Source of the DNA: Torpedo marmorata
Lineage: Eukaryota
Direction of reading: 5' to 3'
NCBI GenBank assembly: GCA_977017645.1
Contig: OZ360249.1
Span: 35,092,001-35,156,000 of the forward strand
DNA length: 64,000 nt
The stretch's first letter is position 1; each line of letters begins with the position of its first letter. The notes beneath the pieces are model-generated. The model did not search any database and had not been told where the DNA came from. It was given only the letters and a program-made list of their open reading frames with translations. Position numbers and translations under genes: made by a program. This document shows, in pieces, positions 10,325-23,563 of the stretch.

Positions 10325-11263
10325 TGTTATGGACCATGCCTGACCATTTGGACTGCCGATGGTCAGCAGGAAGGATGAAGTCTTTTGGAGTACACACTGG
10401 GACCTGGTACTGAAAGAGTTAACTAACCCAGGACTTGCTGTACTCAGAGAGAGAGAGACACCAGAGAGAGACAGGCTGTGGAAAATATACTTTGTTGCAC
10501 TTTTGCAAAAGCAGGTGCAAACCTCTGCAAAAAGCATTCAGATTCAGTTGTTGTTTGGAGTTGCAAAGGCTGTAGAACACAGCAAAATCCAGGCTTGTGC
10601 ATCCCAGGGGAAAAGGCTGGGAGAATAGCACATGGCCTCCTGTATCAGCAAAATCCTGAGTTAAAACAACTTTCGTGAAGAACAGGCGTAAGATCAGCGG
10701 GACAGGCTGTGAGATCCAAGTACACGCCTCAATCCAAAACTGATTTGGAGTCGCAATCCTCGTGTATCTACCAAAAGGGAAAGTCGTCAGAGAAGAAAAG
10801 CAGGCCAAGCATTCGTAAGCTTAAACAGTCATTGTTTCTCTCTCCAACGTTCATTAAGAAGTCCTTCTTGCCAGCACACAGAGCTGAATTTGGACCCTGA
10901 ACATAAAGAGTGAATTTTTGTGGACTGTATTTTTGGGACTGACTTATTTTTATGACTGACCTGAGGGTTTTGGGGAAGGTTTTCCATTTTTACATGAGGG
11001 TTGGGCACAGNNNNNNNNNNNNNNNNNNNNNNNNNNNNNNNNNNNNNNNNNNNNNNNNNNNNNNNNNNNNNNNNNNNNNNNNNNNNNNNNNNNNNNNNNN
11101 NNNNNNNNNNNNNNNNNNNNNNNNNNNNNNNNNNNNNNNNAGATGTTTATAGTGGGGTTAATTGTTGTGAAACTATATGTTTAATTGGCTTTAATAAATA
11201 TAAATTTCAATTTTACCCCTTTTGCATTGCGTCTTCTGTCGTTGCTGGTTTGAGTTTGTAACA
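10325..11263 (+). mobile_element. Possible solo LTR (spans a gap)
   Basis: Begins tgttat and ends gtaaca (TG...CA with short inverted ends). AATAAA lies about 70 nt from the end, and the stretch is non-coding with composition unlike its flanks. No clean TSD. Confidence 0.35.
11011..11140. other. Assembly gap (others at 16354-16480, 34975-35147, 42158-42285, 48938-49078, 52909-53076, 62048-62197)
   Basis: Runs of N, 127-173 nt each. Confidence 1.
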
Positions 11264-11591
11264 AATGTTACTCATTTTTAAACTGGCATCAAAATTCTAC
11301 TGGAATTTAGTGCATAAATGATTAGATGATCTAATTTCCAAGCAATCCTAAGATTTAAAAATATATATATATTTCTGCTTTCTAATGAGTTTTATTTTTC
11401 TGTTTGTTTGTTTTTCAAATTTCCTTACAATTATGGCAATGAATTGAACATGCTTTATTAGGCCACATATTCAAATAAGATTGGTGTATTACTTGTGAAA
11501 ATAACAGCCATACAAGATGACCATGAATCCCATTTGATCTATTTTAATTAATCTATCCAGAACAATGTTGTGCTACTCCAGTATTACATTT

Positions 11592-12085
11592 GAAATTCAC
11601 AAAGGTGCTGGATTAACACAGCAGGTCACGCAGCATCTATAGGAGGTAAAGAGTAACCAACATTTTGGGCCTGAGTCCTTTGTTAAGGTATGAGCAAAAA
11701 GCAGGCAGGCACCTGAATTAAAAGGTTGGAGGAGAGCGAGAGGAGAGGAGGGAGGAAGGGGCAGGGGGAGGAGTAGATGCTAACAGATAAGAGATCATAG
11801 GTGAATATAGGTTGGAGTGTAGAAGAGAAAAAAGTATAGAAGTGATAGTGGGAGGGGGGACTGAGTGGAGAGGGAAGGGAAGGAGTTGGAGAGCTGAAGG
11901 AAAGTAGACAGAAGGATAGGGAAAGAGAGAGACTCAGTGAAGGGGTTTAACGTAAGTTGGAGAGGTTTATGTTAATTCCATCTTGTTGGGGGGTGCCCCA
12001 TTGGAATATTAGGTGTTGCTCCTCCAAGTTGCAGGCAGCTTTGGTGTGGCAGTGCACGAGGCCATGGTGTGGGAATGGTGTAATA
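11592..12085 (-). mobile_element. Penelope-like element 3' fragment with 17-bp TSD
   Basis: The minus strand encodes HGLVHCHTKAACNLEEQHLIFQWGTPQQDGINI, then a CT-rich tract and a decayed hammerhead-like terminus. actccagtattacattt occurs at 11575-11591 and 12086-12102. Confidence 0.85.
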
Positions 12086-12454
12086 ACTCCAGTATTACAT
12101 TTATCTGAGTATTAAGTAACTCCAGCACACTTCCATTCAAAGTGTTTATTGGGTCAAGGAAAACCTGCTCTAAGCTTTACTTCAGCTTAATTTACTGTTT
12201 GTACCTTATTGCCACAGTTTAATGTCAAGGGGCATTCTAAGTTCACCTTTTCTCACCATTGACCTCTCAGATGCTTACATCAGCATACAGATGTCTCTTC
12301 AGCAGGCCAGAAATCCCTGTGTTCTCCAGTCTTTCCTCATAACGTTGAATCTTGTTTGTGCAAGTTAATCTCCAGTGATGTACAGTATTTCTATTGCCAT
12401 TGTTTGACTGCTGATTTGCAATTGTTTCAATATTGAGCTTTGACACCATTCCAC

Positions 12455-13791
12455 TCCACCTCGAGGTGAATGACAGGATAGGTCCAAGCCAGCATGGTTT
12501 CATGAAGGGAAGATCCTGCCTGACCAACCTATTGGAATTTTTTGAGGTAATCTCAGGTAGAATGGACAAGGGAGAGGCTGTGGTGTTGTGTATTTGGATT
12601 TTCAAAAGGCCTTTGATAAAGTGCCGCATAAGAGGCTGCGTAATAAGATGAGAGCCCATGGAATTACAGGAAAGATATTAGATTGGGTGGAGCATTGGCT
12701 GATAGGCAGGAGGCAAAGGGTGGGAATAAAGTGATCCTGTTCTGGTTGGTTGCCGGTTACTAGTGGTGTTCCGCAAGGGTCGGTGTTGGGGCCGCTTCTT
12801 TTTCCTATATATATTGATGATGTAGATTACGGATTGAATGGTTTTGTGGCTAAGTTTGCAGATGACACCAAGATAGGTGGTGGAGAAAGAAGTGTTGAAG
12901 AAACCGAAAGGTTGCAGAGAGACTTGGACAGCTTAGGAGAGTGGGCAAAGAAATGGCAGATGAGATACAATGTTGAGAAATGCACAGTTGTACATTTTGA
13001 AAGAGGAAATAAACAGGCAGATTATTATTTGGATGGGGAGAAAATTCAAAATTCGGAAGTGCAAAGGGACTTGGGGGTCCTCGTGCAGGATAACCTAAAG
13101 TTTAACCACCAGGTTGAATCGGCAGTAAACAAAGTGAATGCTATGTTGGCATTCATTTCAAGAAGAATAGTGTATAAGAGTAAAGAGGTGTTGATGAGGC
13201 TCTATGGGGCACTGGTGAGACCTCATTTGGAGTACTTTGTGTGCAGTTTTGGGCCCCTTATCTTAGAAGGGATGTAATAATGTTGGAGAGAGTACAGAGA
13301 AGATTTACCAGGATGATTCCTGGAATGCAAGGTCTAACATATGAGGAACATTTAGCGGCTCTTGGACTGTATTCATTGGAGTATAGAAGAATGAGAGGGG
13401 ATCTCATAGAAACATTTTGAATACTGAAAGGATTGGACAGAGTAGATGGAAATAAGATGTTTCCCTTGGTGGGTGAATCCAGGACAAGAGGGCACAGTCT
13501 TAGAATTAGAAGGTACCCATTTAGAACAGAGATGAGGAGGAATTTCTTTAGCCAGAGGTTCGTGGATTTGTGGAATTCGTTGCCACATACAGCTGTGAAG
13601 GCCTGATCATTGGGGGATTTTAAGTGGGAAATTGATAGGTATCTGATTGGTCAGGGTATCAAGGGATATGGGGAAAAGGCCGGAAAAAGAAATTAGATGT
13701 GAGAACAGTTTAGCTCAGGGTGGAGTTGCAGAGCAGACTCATTGGGCCGAATGGCCTACTTCTGTTCCTTTCTCTTGTGATCTTGTGATCT
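12455..13791 (+). mobile_element. CR1-clade LINE (HER1-like), 5'-truncated, relatively young
   Basis: SQHGFMKGRSCLTNLLEFFE, SGVPQGSVLGPLLF, KFADDTK, LVRPHLEY, with few frameshifts. The 3' end is gggccgaatggcctacttctg...tcttgtgatcttgtgatct. Confidence 0.93.
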
Positions 13792-14639
13792 CCTTCATCC
13801 TCTGTTATTTCAATGTCAATTATGAAATATGCAATGCCTTAATTTGTCCACATTAAGTTTCACCACTTCCCTGCATATTTTTTTAGTTAATTCCACAATT
13901 TCCAAAGTATCTGGTTTACTACTGGTTCCCCTTTCTAAATCGGTATCATCTACACACTTGCAATGAGTTTCAGAATCCATGCCATTAATGTAAATTAAAA
14001 ATTACAGTCACTCCAAAGTTGAGACATGGAACTTCACACTTAGTACTCCTATAAGGCCAATGCTGTCCTGCAGCCACTATTAACTGTTACCCAGTTTTCC
14101 ATGATTTTCCAAATGTCGTTTTGAATTTTGACAGCATTGGTTTGATTAGAAATTCAGTCTGAAACTTCAAACCAATGCCTTTCATAATCTAAGAAACATC
14201 TTTTATCATGCCTTCCCACAATTTAATTTTTCCATCAACTTATAAGGAAGAGATGACTGGAGAGGTACTACACTAACAAAGATATTCTTGCAAATACTTT
14301 GTAGCTGTATGTTTGCTCCATGCTACCAAAGCTCCACTCAAAGAAAATGTGATGCTTTAACTATCTTCTATTCTCAATGCTAATAACTCAACACAAGAGT
14401 ATCTTCCTCTTATTTCAACAGTGTAAGCTTTATCTTTACTATACGTGAAATGATTTTTAATTGAATATATTTTTGGATGGGGGATGAGTGGAGGATTTGC
14501 TTAAAATGTAAATGGAAAACCACAGTTTTGATTAAATTGTGCACACAGTGAATGACTTAAAAATAAAGCAAACCCTGAAAAGCAGGTTTATTCCCCTTTC
14601 AAGACAGGATAGAGATTCATGATCCTCCCTCCTCTTTGG

Positions 14640-15568
14640 TTACATGGTGAAGCAGAAAAAGGAAGCATTTGTAAGGTTTGGGAAGTTTAAATCAGACAAG
14701 GCCCTTGAGGAATGCACACGAATCAGGAAAAAACGAACAAGGAATTAGGAGGGTTAAAAGGAGACATGAAATATCCTTGGCAAGTAAGATTAAGGAGAAT
14801 CCCAAGGAAATATGTAGATATAAAATGGTCAGGAGAGTAGCTGGGGAAATAGTAGCTCCATTCAAGCACAAAGTTAGGAATTTATGCATGGAGCGAGACA
14901 AAGTGGGTGAGGTATGAAATGAACACTTTGCATTGGTATTCACCAAGGAGAATAATATCATTGATGGTGAAATCAAAGAGGATGGTATTCTAGAGCATGG
15001 TAATATTAAGGAGGTGTTGGTTACAAAGGAAGGCAAGGGAGGAGATTTCTGATATCTTGGCAAGGTTCAAAAGACAGGAAAATATCCAGTGTTGTTCCTT
15101 TGTTTAAGAAAGGCAACAGGGATAATCAAGGAAATTACAGGCCTAGATCAATAGGAAGGAAATTATTGGAGAAGATTCTTCGTGACAACATTTATTTGCA
15201 TTTGGAAAGGTTGGGCAAACTTGAATTGTTCTCTCTGGAGCATCAGAGGCTGAGATTGGTGACTTGATAGAAGTATGTAAATATATTTTAAAAATGCAAT
15301 GTCAAATATTAGAAGGCAAAGATGAAAGGAAGAACATTTAAAGGGGATATGTGAGGCAAATATTTTACACAGAAAGTGGTAGGTGCTTGGAACGCACTGT
15401 CATGGGAGGTTGCAGAAGATACAATAGCAACATTAAAGAAGCATATGATATGTGATTTGGCACGGAAAGATGATACATGCAGACAGGATTAGTTGGATTG
15501 ACATCATGGTCAGCACAGCATGTTGGGCTGAAGGGCCTTGTCCTGTGCTGTGCTGATCGATGTTCTAA
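14640..15568 (+). mobile_element. CR1-clade LINE, degenerate with internal deletions
   Basis: IRRVKRRHEISLASKIKENPK, VVPLFKKGNRDNQGNYRP and a CR1 tail gggctgaagggccttgtcctgtgctg...tgttctaa. Confidence 0.8.
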
Positions 15569-18500
15569 TTGAATTTACCTACACTAAATCTCCCCAATCA
15601 ATTGCAAGAAGAGCTCTGAAATCTTTGAGTTGTTTGTTAAATCTGAGACCAGAAAGGATATGGAAAAAATGATCCTGAACTGCACTGAGTCCTGTAAGAT
15701 TAAAAAAAATGCAATAACTGAACATTTGAAGTTAATTTATTCCTGAGGAGTAAATAATTGATAACATCACAACAGTTAAGAAGTACAATTGTAGCATGAA
15801 GAACAGTCATAGAAAAATAACGCAAATACTCCACATTCTGCAAATAGTCTAATTGTCAGAGAGTTACTTCTTTTCAACATCTGTATCATAACCTTGTCAG
15901 ACTGAACCAGAAATTATCCATATCAGTCAAGGAAAACCTCATTGAACAAGGGAGTTGAACACATCTACAAAACCCCTGAGTGATGCTTACATTTTGCAAT
16001 AGTGAATGCATACAATTACTAATGATTGTCTGTTGTCTGGTTAAAACACATTGTTAAAATTATTCTTCAGTTGATCATTAAAAGGGGCATTAATCAGAGT
16101 ATTTTAGAGCATTCTTTCACATGTACAGAAGAAGTGAGTATGATGATTTTTGGATGCATTCTTATTCACAAATTCTGAAGTTGTGCATGAGATCATTGCA
16201 GATATTATTAAAATTTTAATGCATCTCTACTGTTTATGCTGTAAGCATCGATAGTGTTGAAGAAATAAAACTTTTTTCACTTTAAACCTGATGTCTTAAT
16301 ACAATTGAATTAAATCCAATATGCACCACTTCCTATAACTTTATGACAATGAANNNNNNNNNNNNNNNNNNNNNNNNNNNNNNNNNNNNNNNNNNNNNNN
16401 NNNNNNNNNNNNNNNNNNNNNNNNNNNNNNNNNNNNNNNNNNNNNNNNNNNNNNNNNNNNNNNNNNNNNNNNNNNNNNNNNTTTAATACTTTTCCTCATA
16501 ATTACCAAATTAAATTAACTGTGCCAGACTTTAAGTGATACATTTTTGTAGCCTAAGAGTGACCAAATTATGAATCAAGAAGGAAGAGTTCCTCATGACT
16601 ATGATCAATCTGACATTCAAGGAAATGTTTCAGTGCAATATTGTCCTATTTAAGATTATGCTGAGGTTATAAGGAGAAATATATTTTAACTGACACTACC
16701 ATACTTGCACTATTTTGCAAGGAAGCCCTTTTATTCAAGATGGACCTTCAATACTATTAGAAACAAAAGCTCTGCTTATTTCTTTTTTTTTGCAGGCCAT
16801 TCTAAATTTAGGAATGATTTATTAAATTCTGACTTTGCCGGACTGTGTCCAGAGACCTTGGGCTGTTTTTTAACTCTAACCACAGATCAAGCGAAAGAAT
16901 GTATAAACAAGGAACTTCAACATTCCATTCAGCTAATTGATCCCAAATGCCTTTTGACATTGATTATTGGCACATACACTTCTTTCTCCCATTTATTTCT
17001 TTGCAGTTCCTGATCAACATTTCAAACAACACTTAAAGGAATATTGGATCGCTTCCGGTTATCTAGCAATTCATTTGAAAATATCTGAAAAACAAATGAA
17101 GCAACTAAATTTCTTATTCTTGTTGGATTTCTTCTCAGTTTAAGAGATGATGCTGTCATGTGCTATGTGAAAGGTTGTTTTCTTTGAGTGGACATATTTT
17201 TAGAGACCTGGTCACACGACAATCTGTGACCAATCTCTCCACCCATTTAAACAGGCATTTTAAAAAAAATATATCTTTTTTTGAAATTAATACACATTTT
17301 TGACTGAGGCAATCATTGAAATAATTTTAACTGCTTGCATTAATACAGTACTTCAGGAGGAATGAAAACCACAGAGATCTGAGGTTCAAAGAACTTGTTT
17401 GTTTCAATGTAAAACAGGAAAAATGAACACTTGAAAAATTCCATGCAGCAATAATCTAAAAAAAATATGCAGAACATCCCATGAATTAATTTTGTACTAT
17501 CAGACAAGATCACAAAGGATCATTTACTTTGAGTTGGCTTGTCATATTTTCATGAAATATTGAATATTTCTACACTGTAACTATAGCTGAATGTTTGAAT
17601 TTTCGGTAACTTTTTGAACTAATGGGCATAAATTCATGATTGGTGGCCACAAGTGACCATTATTTGACATTCCCTGAAACCATCATTGTAATTAAACTCC
17701 TTCAAATTATATCTTTCAACAAACTGAAATACTCTTTCATCACTTTGAATCTTGTAGAATTATTTATATTTCATTTTAACTTTCATTGTGTTTTGTGTTC
17801 TGTTACTGAACCTTAACAAAAGATAAATATAACATTGGAATCAAATACATTCTGGTGTCATGAACAAAGAAAAAACAATTAGCATGAGAAAAAAAACTTG
17901 CTTACCATAAATAAAGATTTATGTTTAATTTGAACCAAGAATAGCATTTGTAACTGAATGGAGTCTTCACCTTATCTGCAAGGATACATTAGGTTTAGCT
18001 GCAAGGAACTCACAAGTGATTTGGTTATGGATTAAAGCATATTATTTAAAATATTGTGTAACTTACAGTTATGAAGACAAGTCCTCTTTACCAGTAAGAA
18101 TTCACCCATGTGCTCCTAGCTGTTATGCATGTAAGTGAAATTATTGTTGCACCAAATGACAAATTCTTTTTTAAAAAACTGTACTGCAACTAACAGCAAA
18201 AACAAAATGCAAAATGTTAAATGTTGTGACTATGAGGCTACTGCAAACAAATGCTTCTTGCATGGAAACACATCCATGATTATCTGCCTTTACCATTTAT
18301 GAACTTTATTAAAGATGCACAATTAAATAGCTAACACAGTAACTTCTGAGAAACAAAATTGACTAACTGGGAGATTGGAAAAGTTATTCCTTGAGCTTCC
18401 AACCTTCCAAGTATCTGCAACAGTGAAATGGAAAAAAAAAATCATATTTATCATTCTTATTGTTTTGTTCCATTATGTTTTGAGCTTTGTGCCCTGCCCT

Positions 18501-19689
18501 AACTTCACCTGTTGCCCTTAGTTTTTGAGTTGTATGTGTCAGAAAGTGAAAATGTGACTGTTTTGAAATTGCAGGCCTTTGTTCATTCAAGTCTCATGAA
18601 GACTTTGTTAACCAAATATTTTGAGAGCATTTCCTCAATACAGTATACATCCAACATAACTTGCAAGTTCCAAGCTACAAAAGAATCTGATGCTCATAAT
18701 GTGAAAGAACTGCAGGAGGTTTAAATAAGCAACCATCTAATACCCTTAAACAATCAAATTAGCTTGTTTGTGTTAGAACTCAAATTGTCTGGAACATTTG
18801 CCAAACAAACCCTTCAGACTCAATATATATTAGGACATTGTTTTTCTCTCTGAAAAATCTCAGTCATGTAGACAATTGCATATGAAAATTTAATTGCTTA
18901 AAGGCATAATGGTTAACTGATGTTTATTCTCTATCTTTGTTATTTGAAGATTGCAGTTGTAATCTGACAACAAAGAAAAGGAATAATGTAAATAATGCCT
19001 TGTGCTTTCTGTTCTCTGGCAGTGCTCTGTAACTATTTTCCTATTGGCAAAATGATGTTTGGCATTTAAGGATAACCTCCTCACACCAGTGTATGAGTAT
19101 GTTGCAAAGTTGGAGTTGAATATTTTTGTTGCAATTTCTTGATTGATACAAAATAGAAACAGATCATATTTTCACCATGTTAAGGAATAGTGCTGCACCT
19201 TAAAATGGATTATTTTTGTATCAATGAGTTTGCCGTGAATGGCAGATAATGCTATTTTGAAGCCACGTTGAGGGATTTCTTGTGATGATTTGTATGATTC
19301 TATTATTTAGTTAGTGCTCACATCAAAATCATTCACAAATGGAAACTTGCAACGGTCCACTTTATTCCACCTTGTGAATCTAGAAGTAATTATGTGTGTG
19401 TTGGTTAAGATGAGCTGCATCATTTTTAAAAATATATATTTTTATAAAATGTCATTACAATTCATCATTTCTATTGCAAATACATAAAAACGACAAGGTT
19501 ATTTTTATTAGTTATTGTTTGATCAGTAACTAATATCTGGCAAAATTATAGAATGATAAAGAAATATAATCTTATCTTTTTCATCATATCCAATAGATAT
19601 TGACAGGTGAAAGTTCTACTTGTTAGGTTCCACTCATTGTTTCATAATCTCTGCATTCCTTTAGATTTTTTCACTGCATCCTTGGCAGA

Positions 19690-19900
19690 CCTGCATTCAG
19701 CTGTCTACGCTCAAGTCTCCGACATTTTCTCTCTGGACCCCTCTGCTTCTCTAACCCACTCTCCTCTTTACAACCTGTCTTGTTGAATGAGCTTCTGGTT
19801 ACCAATTACATCTTTTTGGCTGTATTTCCATTTTTTTCTGATAAATTCCCCTCAAGTGCCTTGGAAATTTCTAATGCTATGAAGGTGCTACATAAGTGCA
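19690..19900 (+). mobile_element. Ancient L2/SINE 3'-tail remnant
   Basis: caagtgccttggaaatttctaatgctatgaaggtgctacataagtgca resembles the L2-type tail AAGCGCCTTGGGA...AAAGGCGCTATATAAATGCA. Confidence 0.4.
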
Positions 19901-20204
19901 GGCAGGTAGTTTGACCTGCTGGGGTTCCCACTGGGGATCTGTTTCTCAGACCGTCCACCATTCACACCTTTTGCAAGGTTTGAGATCCCATTGATTTGAA
20001 TGCGGATTCCAGTCTGTTGTTCAGGAGGCAGAGGAAGGCGTTAAAATTTAGTTCAATTATTTTGTTTTAGTTTAATATTTGCCATTAGATCTAAGTCTGT
20101 GTTCTGAATGTTTTATTTTTTCAAATGCTTGATAACTGAAAATTATTTACTTTAATTGGAATCATATTTAAATATTTCTGGAAGTAAGAAAATATGATAT
20201 ATGA

Positions 20205-20540
20205 ATAAGGAGTTTGTACATTCTCCCCATGTCTGCGTGGGTTTCCTCCAGATTCCATAGATGTAAAGGGTTAGTACAGTGGTTCTCAAACTTTTTCTTC
20301 CCACTCACATACCACCTTAAGTAATCCCTTACTAACCACAGAGCACCTATAGCATACGATGCCATAGGTGCTCTGTGGTTAGTAAGGGATTACTTGAGGT
20401 GGTATGTGAGTGGGGAAAAAAAAGGTTAAGAACCACAGGGTTAGTAGATTATTTGGTCACATGGGTGTATTTGGCATCAGGGGCTTGTGGGCCAGAAGGA
20501 ACATACACTAGAGTGTGCTGTATCTCTAAATTAAATTAAA
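20205..20540 (+). mobile_element. V-SINE fragment (5'-truncated), interrupted by a MITE
   Basis: taaggagtttgtacattctccccatgtctgcgtgggtttcctcc matches the SINE at 6324. The tail is gtgggccagaagg...gtgctgtatctctaaattaaattaaa. Confidence 0.8.
20277..20438. mobile_element. Complete 162-bp palindromic hAT MITE with 8-bp TSD
   Basis: Ends cagtggttctcaa ... ttaagaaccacag. Almost the whole element is one hairpin. TSD ggttagta at 20269-20276 and 20439-20446. Confidence 0.92.
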
Positions 20541-22529
20541 TGTTAAAAGTTATGACAGATGTCAAAGGTCCAACAACCACCCTGTCCCCTCTCAACCATT
20601 CAGCATTGCCCTTTAACAAGCCTTGCCATGAATATTCTGGACTAACTAAGACAAAATCCAGATTTTGTGAGGTGCGCTGGGCCAGTGATGTTGGTCCACT
20701 ACATGCAACCCAGGTGCACGTCAACGTGCAAGGACTGCCAGCAGTTATTTTAGGCAGCTGGTCTGCACTGGAGTGAGTTTCCCCTGATTTCTGGAGCCAT
20801 GAATCCACAATATAGAGTCAAAGTTTGGTTTTATTGGTCCTTTGTTTCCTATTTTATGCGGTCAGTTTCTGGTTACCATAGAAAGTAGAAAAAGGAAAGG
20901 CTCTAGTGAATTCATGCCAGTGTGCATGATTCAGAAGACTACAGAAAAGCATATTCTCTATTTCAGCACATTGTCATGAATGTCATTGCTGGTGACATTG
21001 AGTCCTGAGTTGGAAAAGTGTTCCAAGCGCTAATACTTTGTGACCCATGAACTCAAAATTACTTGGCAATGTTTCTGAACATTTACAAAGGATTTCTTTC
21101 TGAATTGTTGCCCATCTTGAATGTGATGGCCATTACAGTAGTCTGATGGACAGTATAAATTTCTAAGAATCTGAAACAGGAAAGGGAACTGGGACTGAGG
21201 TCAAAGTAGACACAAAAAACAATATGTCTGGAACATGTCTTATGATGATTCCAAGATGTATAAAGAGTACAAAAAAGATGAATGGCACCAAAGTCCATAT
21301 GTTAAACAAACTGGAGGATAAGGAGAAGCCCAAGAAACATACACTAGAGCATCTGGTAAAATGAAGAAACAGATCCAGCTGGATTGAAGTCAATGTTGAA
21401 CACTTAAAATGTGGTTTGTGTTTAAAACGCCAAGCATTTTCTTTGATATTTTACTGCTTCTTTCCCCAATAATGATGGCATCTATTTACATTTCAAAATA
21501 TGCCAAGATAGATACAAGAATGTATTGAATATCTTATTTTGTATTCACTGAGGATTTAAACTGATTTTCAGTGAACTATGAAAAGAGATATAAACTGGCT
21601 CAAACTATTTTCTCATGAAACTACCACTGTACTTTACATAATTTTTCAAGGCAAATCATTTTTGTTCATTTATATTGAACAACCAATTCAAATTGGTTTC
21701 TAAGTAGCTTTTGAAATATTGAATATACCCTTTGCATGAGAGATCTCTGTCGAAGAAAGGTGTGCTTAAGCTATCATTTTAATTGCTGATTACAGCAAGA
21801 ACAAGGATGTTCTTTCAATAAAATATCAACTGATATCTTTTCACTTAGCTTTGTTCCTGATGGGATTTCAGCAGAACTGCTCTTGAAGATTCGTCTGATT
21901 ACAGATGGCCTTATCTTTTCTGAGTGTAGAGAGCTGCAAACCATAGGACATGCAACTTAAATCAAAATGTTAGAAAAATATGATTAGTGGTGATGTGGAA
22001 TCAATCTTGTTTTTTTCTTATGTTTATGGTCTCATGTTCCATTATACCGTCCAAATCTTGATTGTGCATATGTGCATTTTGGTGTAAAAATATATAAATA
22101 TACTTTCAATTGATTTCAATGGGAAATGTTACTTCTGCCGTTAATTTAAATCTTTGCTCTTGGGTTTAAGTCATAAGTAAATATGTTAATCTGTATTTTG
22201 TTCTAACATCATCTACACACAGTTAGGAAAGATTGTTATTTGAACTTGAAGCATTGCCCATTTGTAACAAAATATCAGCTGTTCTTAAAACTTATTTCCT
22301 GCACTATTACAGATTGCAATCACAATCATGCAATTTTACATACAATTATTTCAGAGGTTATTACATCATTTAATGTTTGACTATGAATGAAATACTTCCT
22401 ACTTTGCTGCATGCTAATTGTGAACTAACTTGTTATTTCACCCACAAATACACATAGAAAATTCCACTGGAAATTGCTCATAGATTTTGCAGATGTGTGC
22501 ATTAAAATATGGTCAGGAAAGCATTTTGT

Positions 22530-23563
22530 AACTCTTATTAGGAAAGGAAATATTAAGAAATTTACTTCTATAGTGTATTCTTTGCTACAAAGGGGAGCTT
22601 TAAAACGAGGACTTCATAAATCTAGACAAAGATGGGAACAAGATCCTAATGTTATAATTGATGAAAAAAGATGGTCGGATTTATGTTTAGATAGTATGAC
22701 TAATACTGTTAATGTAAGATATAGATTGGTACAATATAACTTTTTACATCAATTATATCTTACACCACAAAAATTGAATAAGATAAACTCTATGATATCA
22801 AATAGATGTTTTAGATGTGGTGAAGAAGAGGGAACCTTTTTACACTCAACGTGGTCATGTCCAAAAGTTAAAGGTTTTTGGATAGAGTTAGGAAATCGGT
22901 TAAAACAAATTACAGGTGTTACATTTCCACAGAATCCTGACTTATTTTTATTGGGAAACGTGGAAGGAACTAGACCAAAATTGAAGTTATCTACATGGCA
23001 ATTGAAATTTGTAAAAATTGCATTAGCAGTAGCAAGGAAATGTATAGCAGTAACTTGGAAATCGGATACAAATTTAAGTATGGATAGATGGAACTCAGAG
23101 ATGCGGAGTTGTATTCCATTGGAAAGAATAACATATAATATGAGGAATAAATATGGGGTATTTTTGCAAATTTGGCGTCCATTCATCCAATTATTAGGAA
23201 TGAATATTTAAATGTGTTGCCCTACATCCTAGACCCTGCTGACTCTCTTAAATTTAAACTTAAAGAATGAATATTGTTGAATGTCTCGCACCGAGCCGTG
23301 GACCCGTACGGATGTTTTTCGATAAATGTCAATGTCTTCTCCTCTTTCCTCTTTTTTTCTTTCCTTATTTTTAGTAAGGGGAGGGAGTAAGGGATGGGAA
23401 GGGTGGAGGGTGGGTTGTTTTAGTGAGGGTGGGTTAAGATGGGGTTAGAATCACGGTAATACGAATTTTGTTTGTATTGAACTCATTAATGTCTATCATA
23501 TATTTTGTACTATTTTGTATTATTGTGAAAAATTTGAAAATTTAAAATAAAATATTAAAAAAA
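22530..23563 (+). mobile_element. L1/Tx1-clade LINE 3' end with poly(A) and 15-bp TSD
   Basis: Uninterrupted ORF2 C-terminus to 23211 with the CCHC knuckle RCFRCGEEEGTFLHSTWSCP, then a G-rich 3' UTR, AATAAA and an A tail. aggaaagcattttgt occurs at 22515-22529 and 23564-23578. Confidence 0.92.

Noticed and set aside
9869-10537. 222-aa ORF as a novel gene
   Set aside because: It is a chance read-through of LTR-like sequence, the duplicated target site and the LINE 5' fragment.
22474-23211. 245-aa ORF as a host gene or domesticated fusion
   Set aside because: It starts at a TTG in flanking DNA, crosses the TSD and is otherwise a truncated L1 ORF2 end. There is no promoter or splice evidence.
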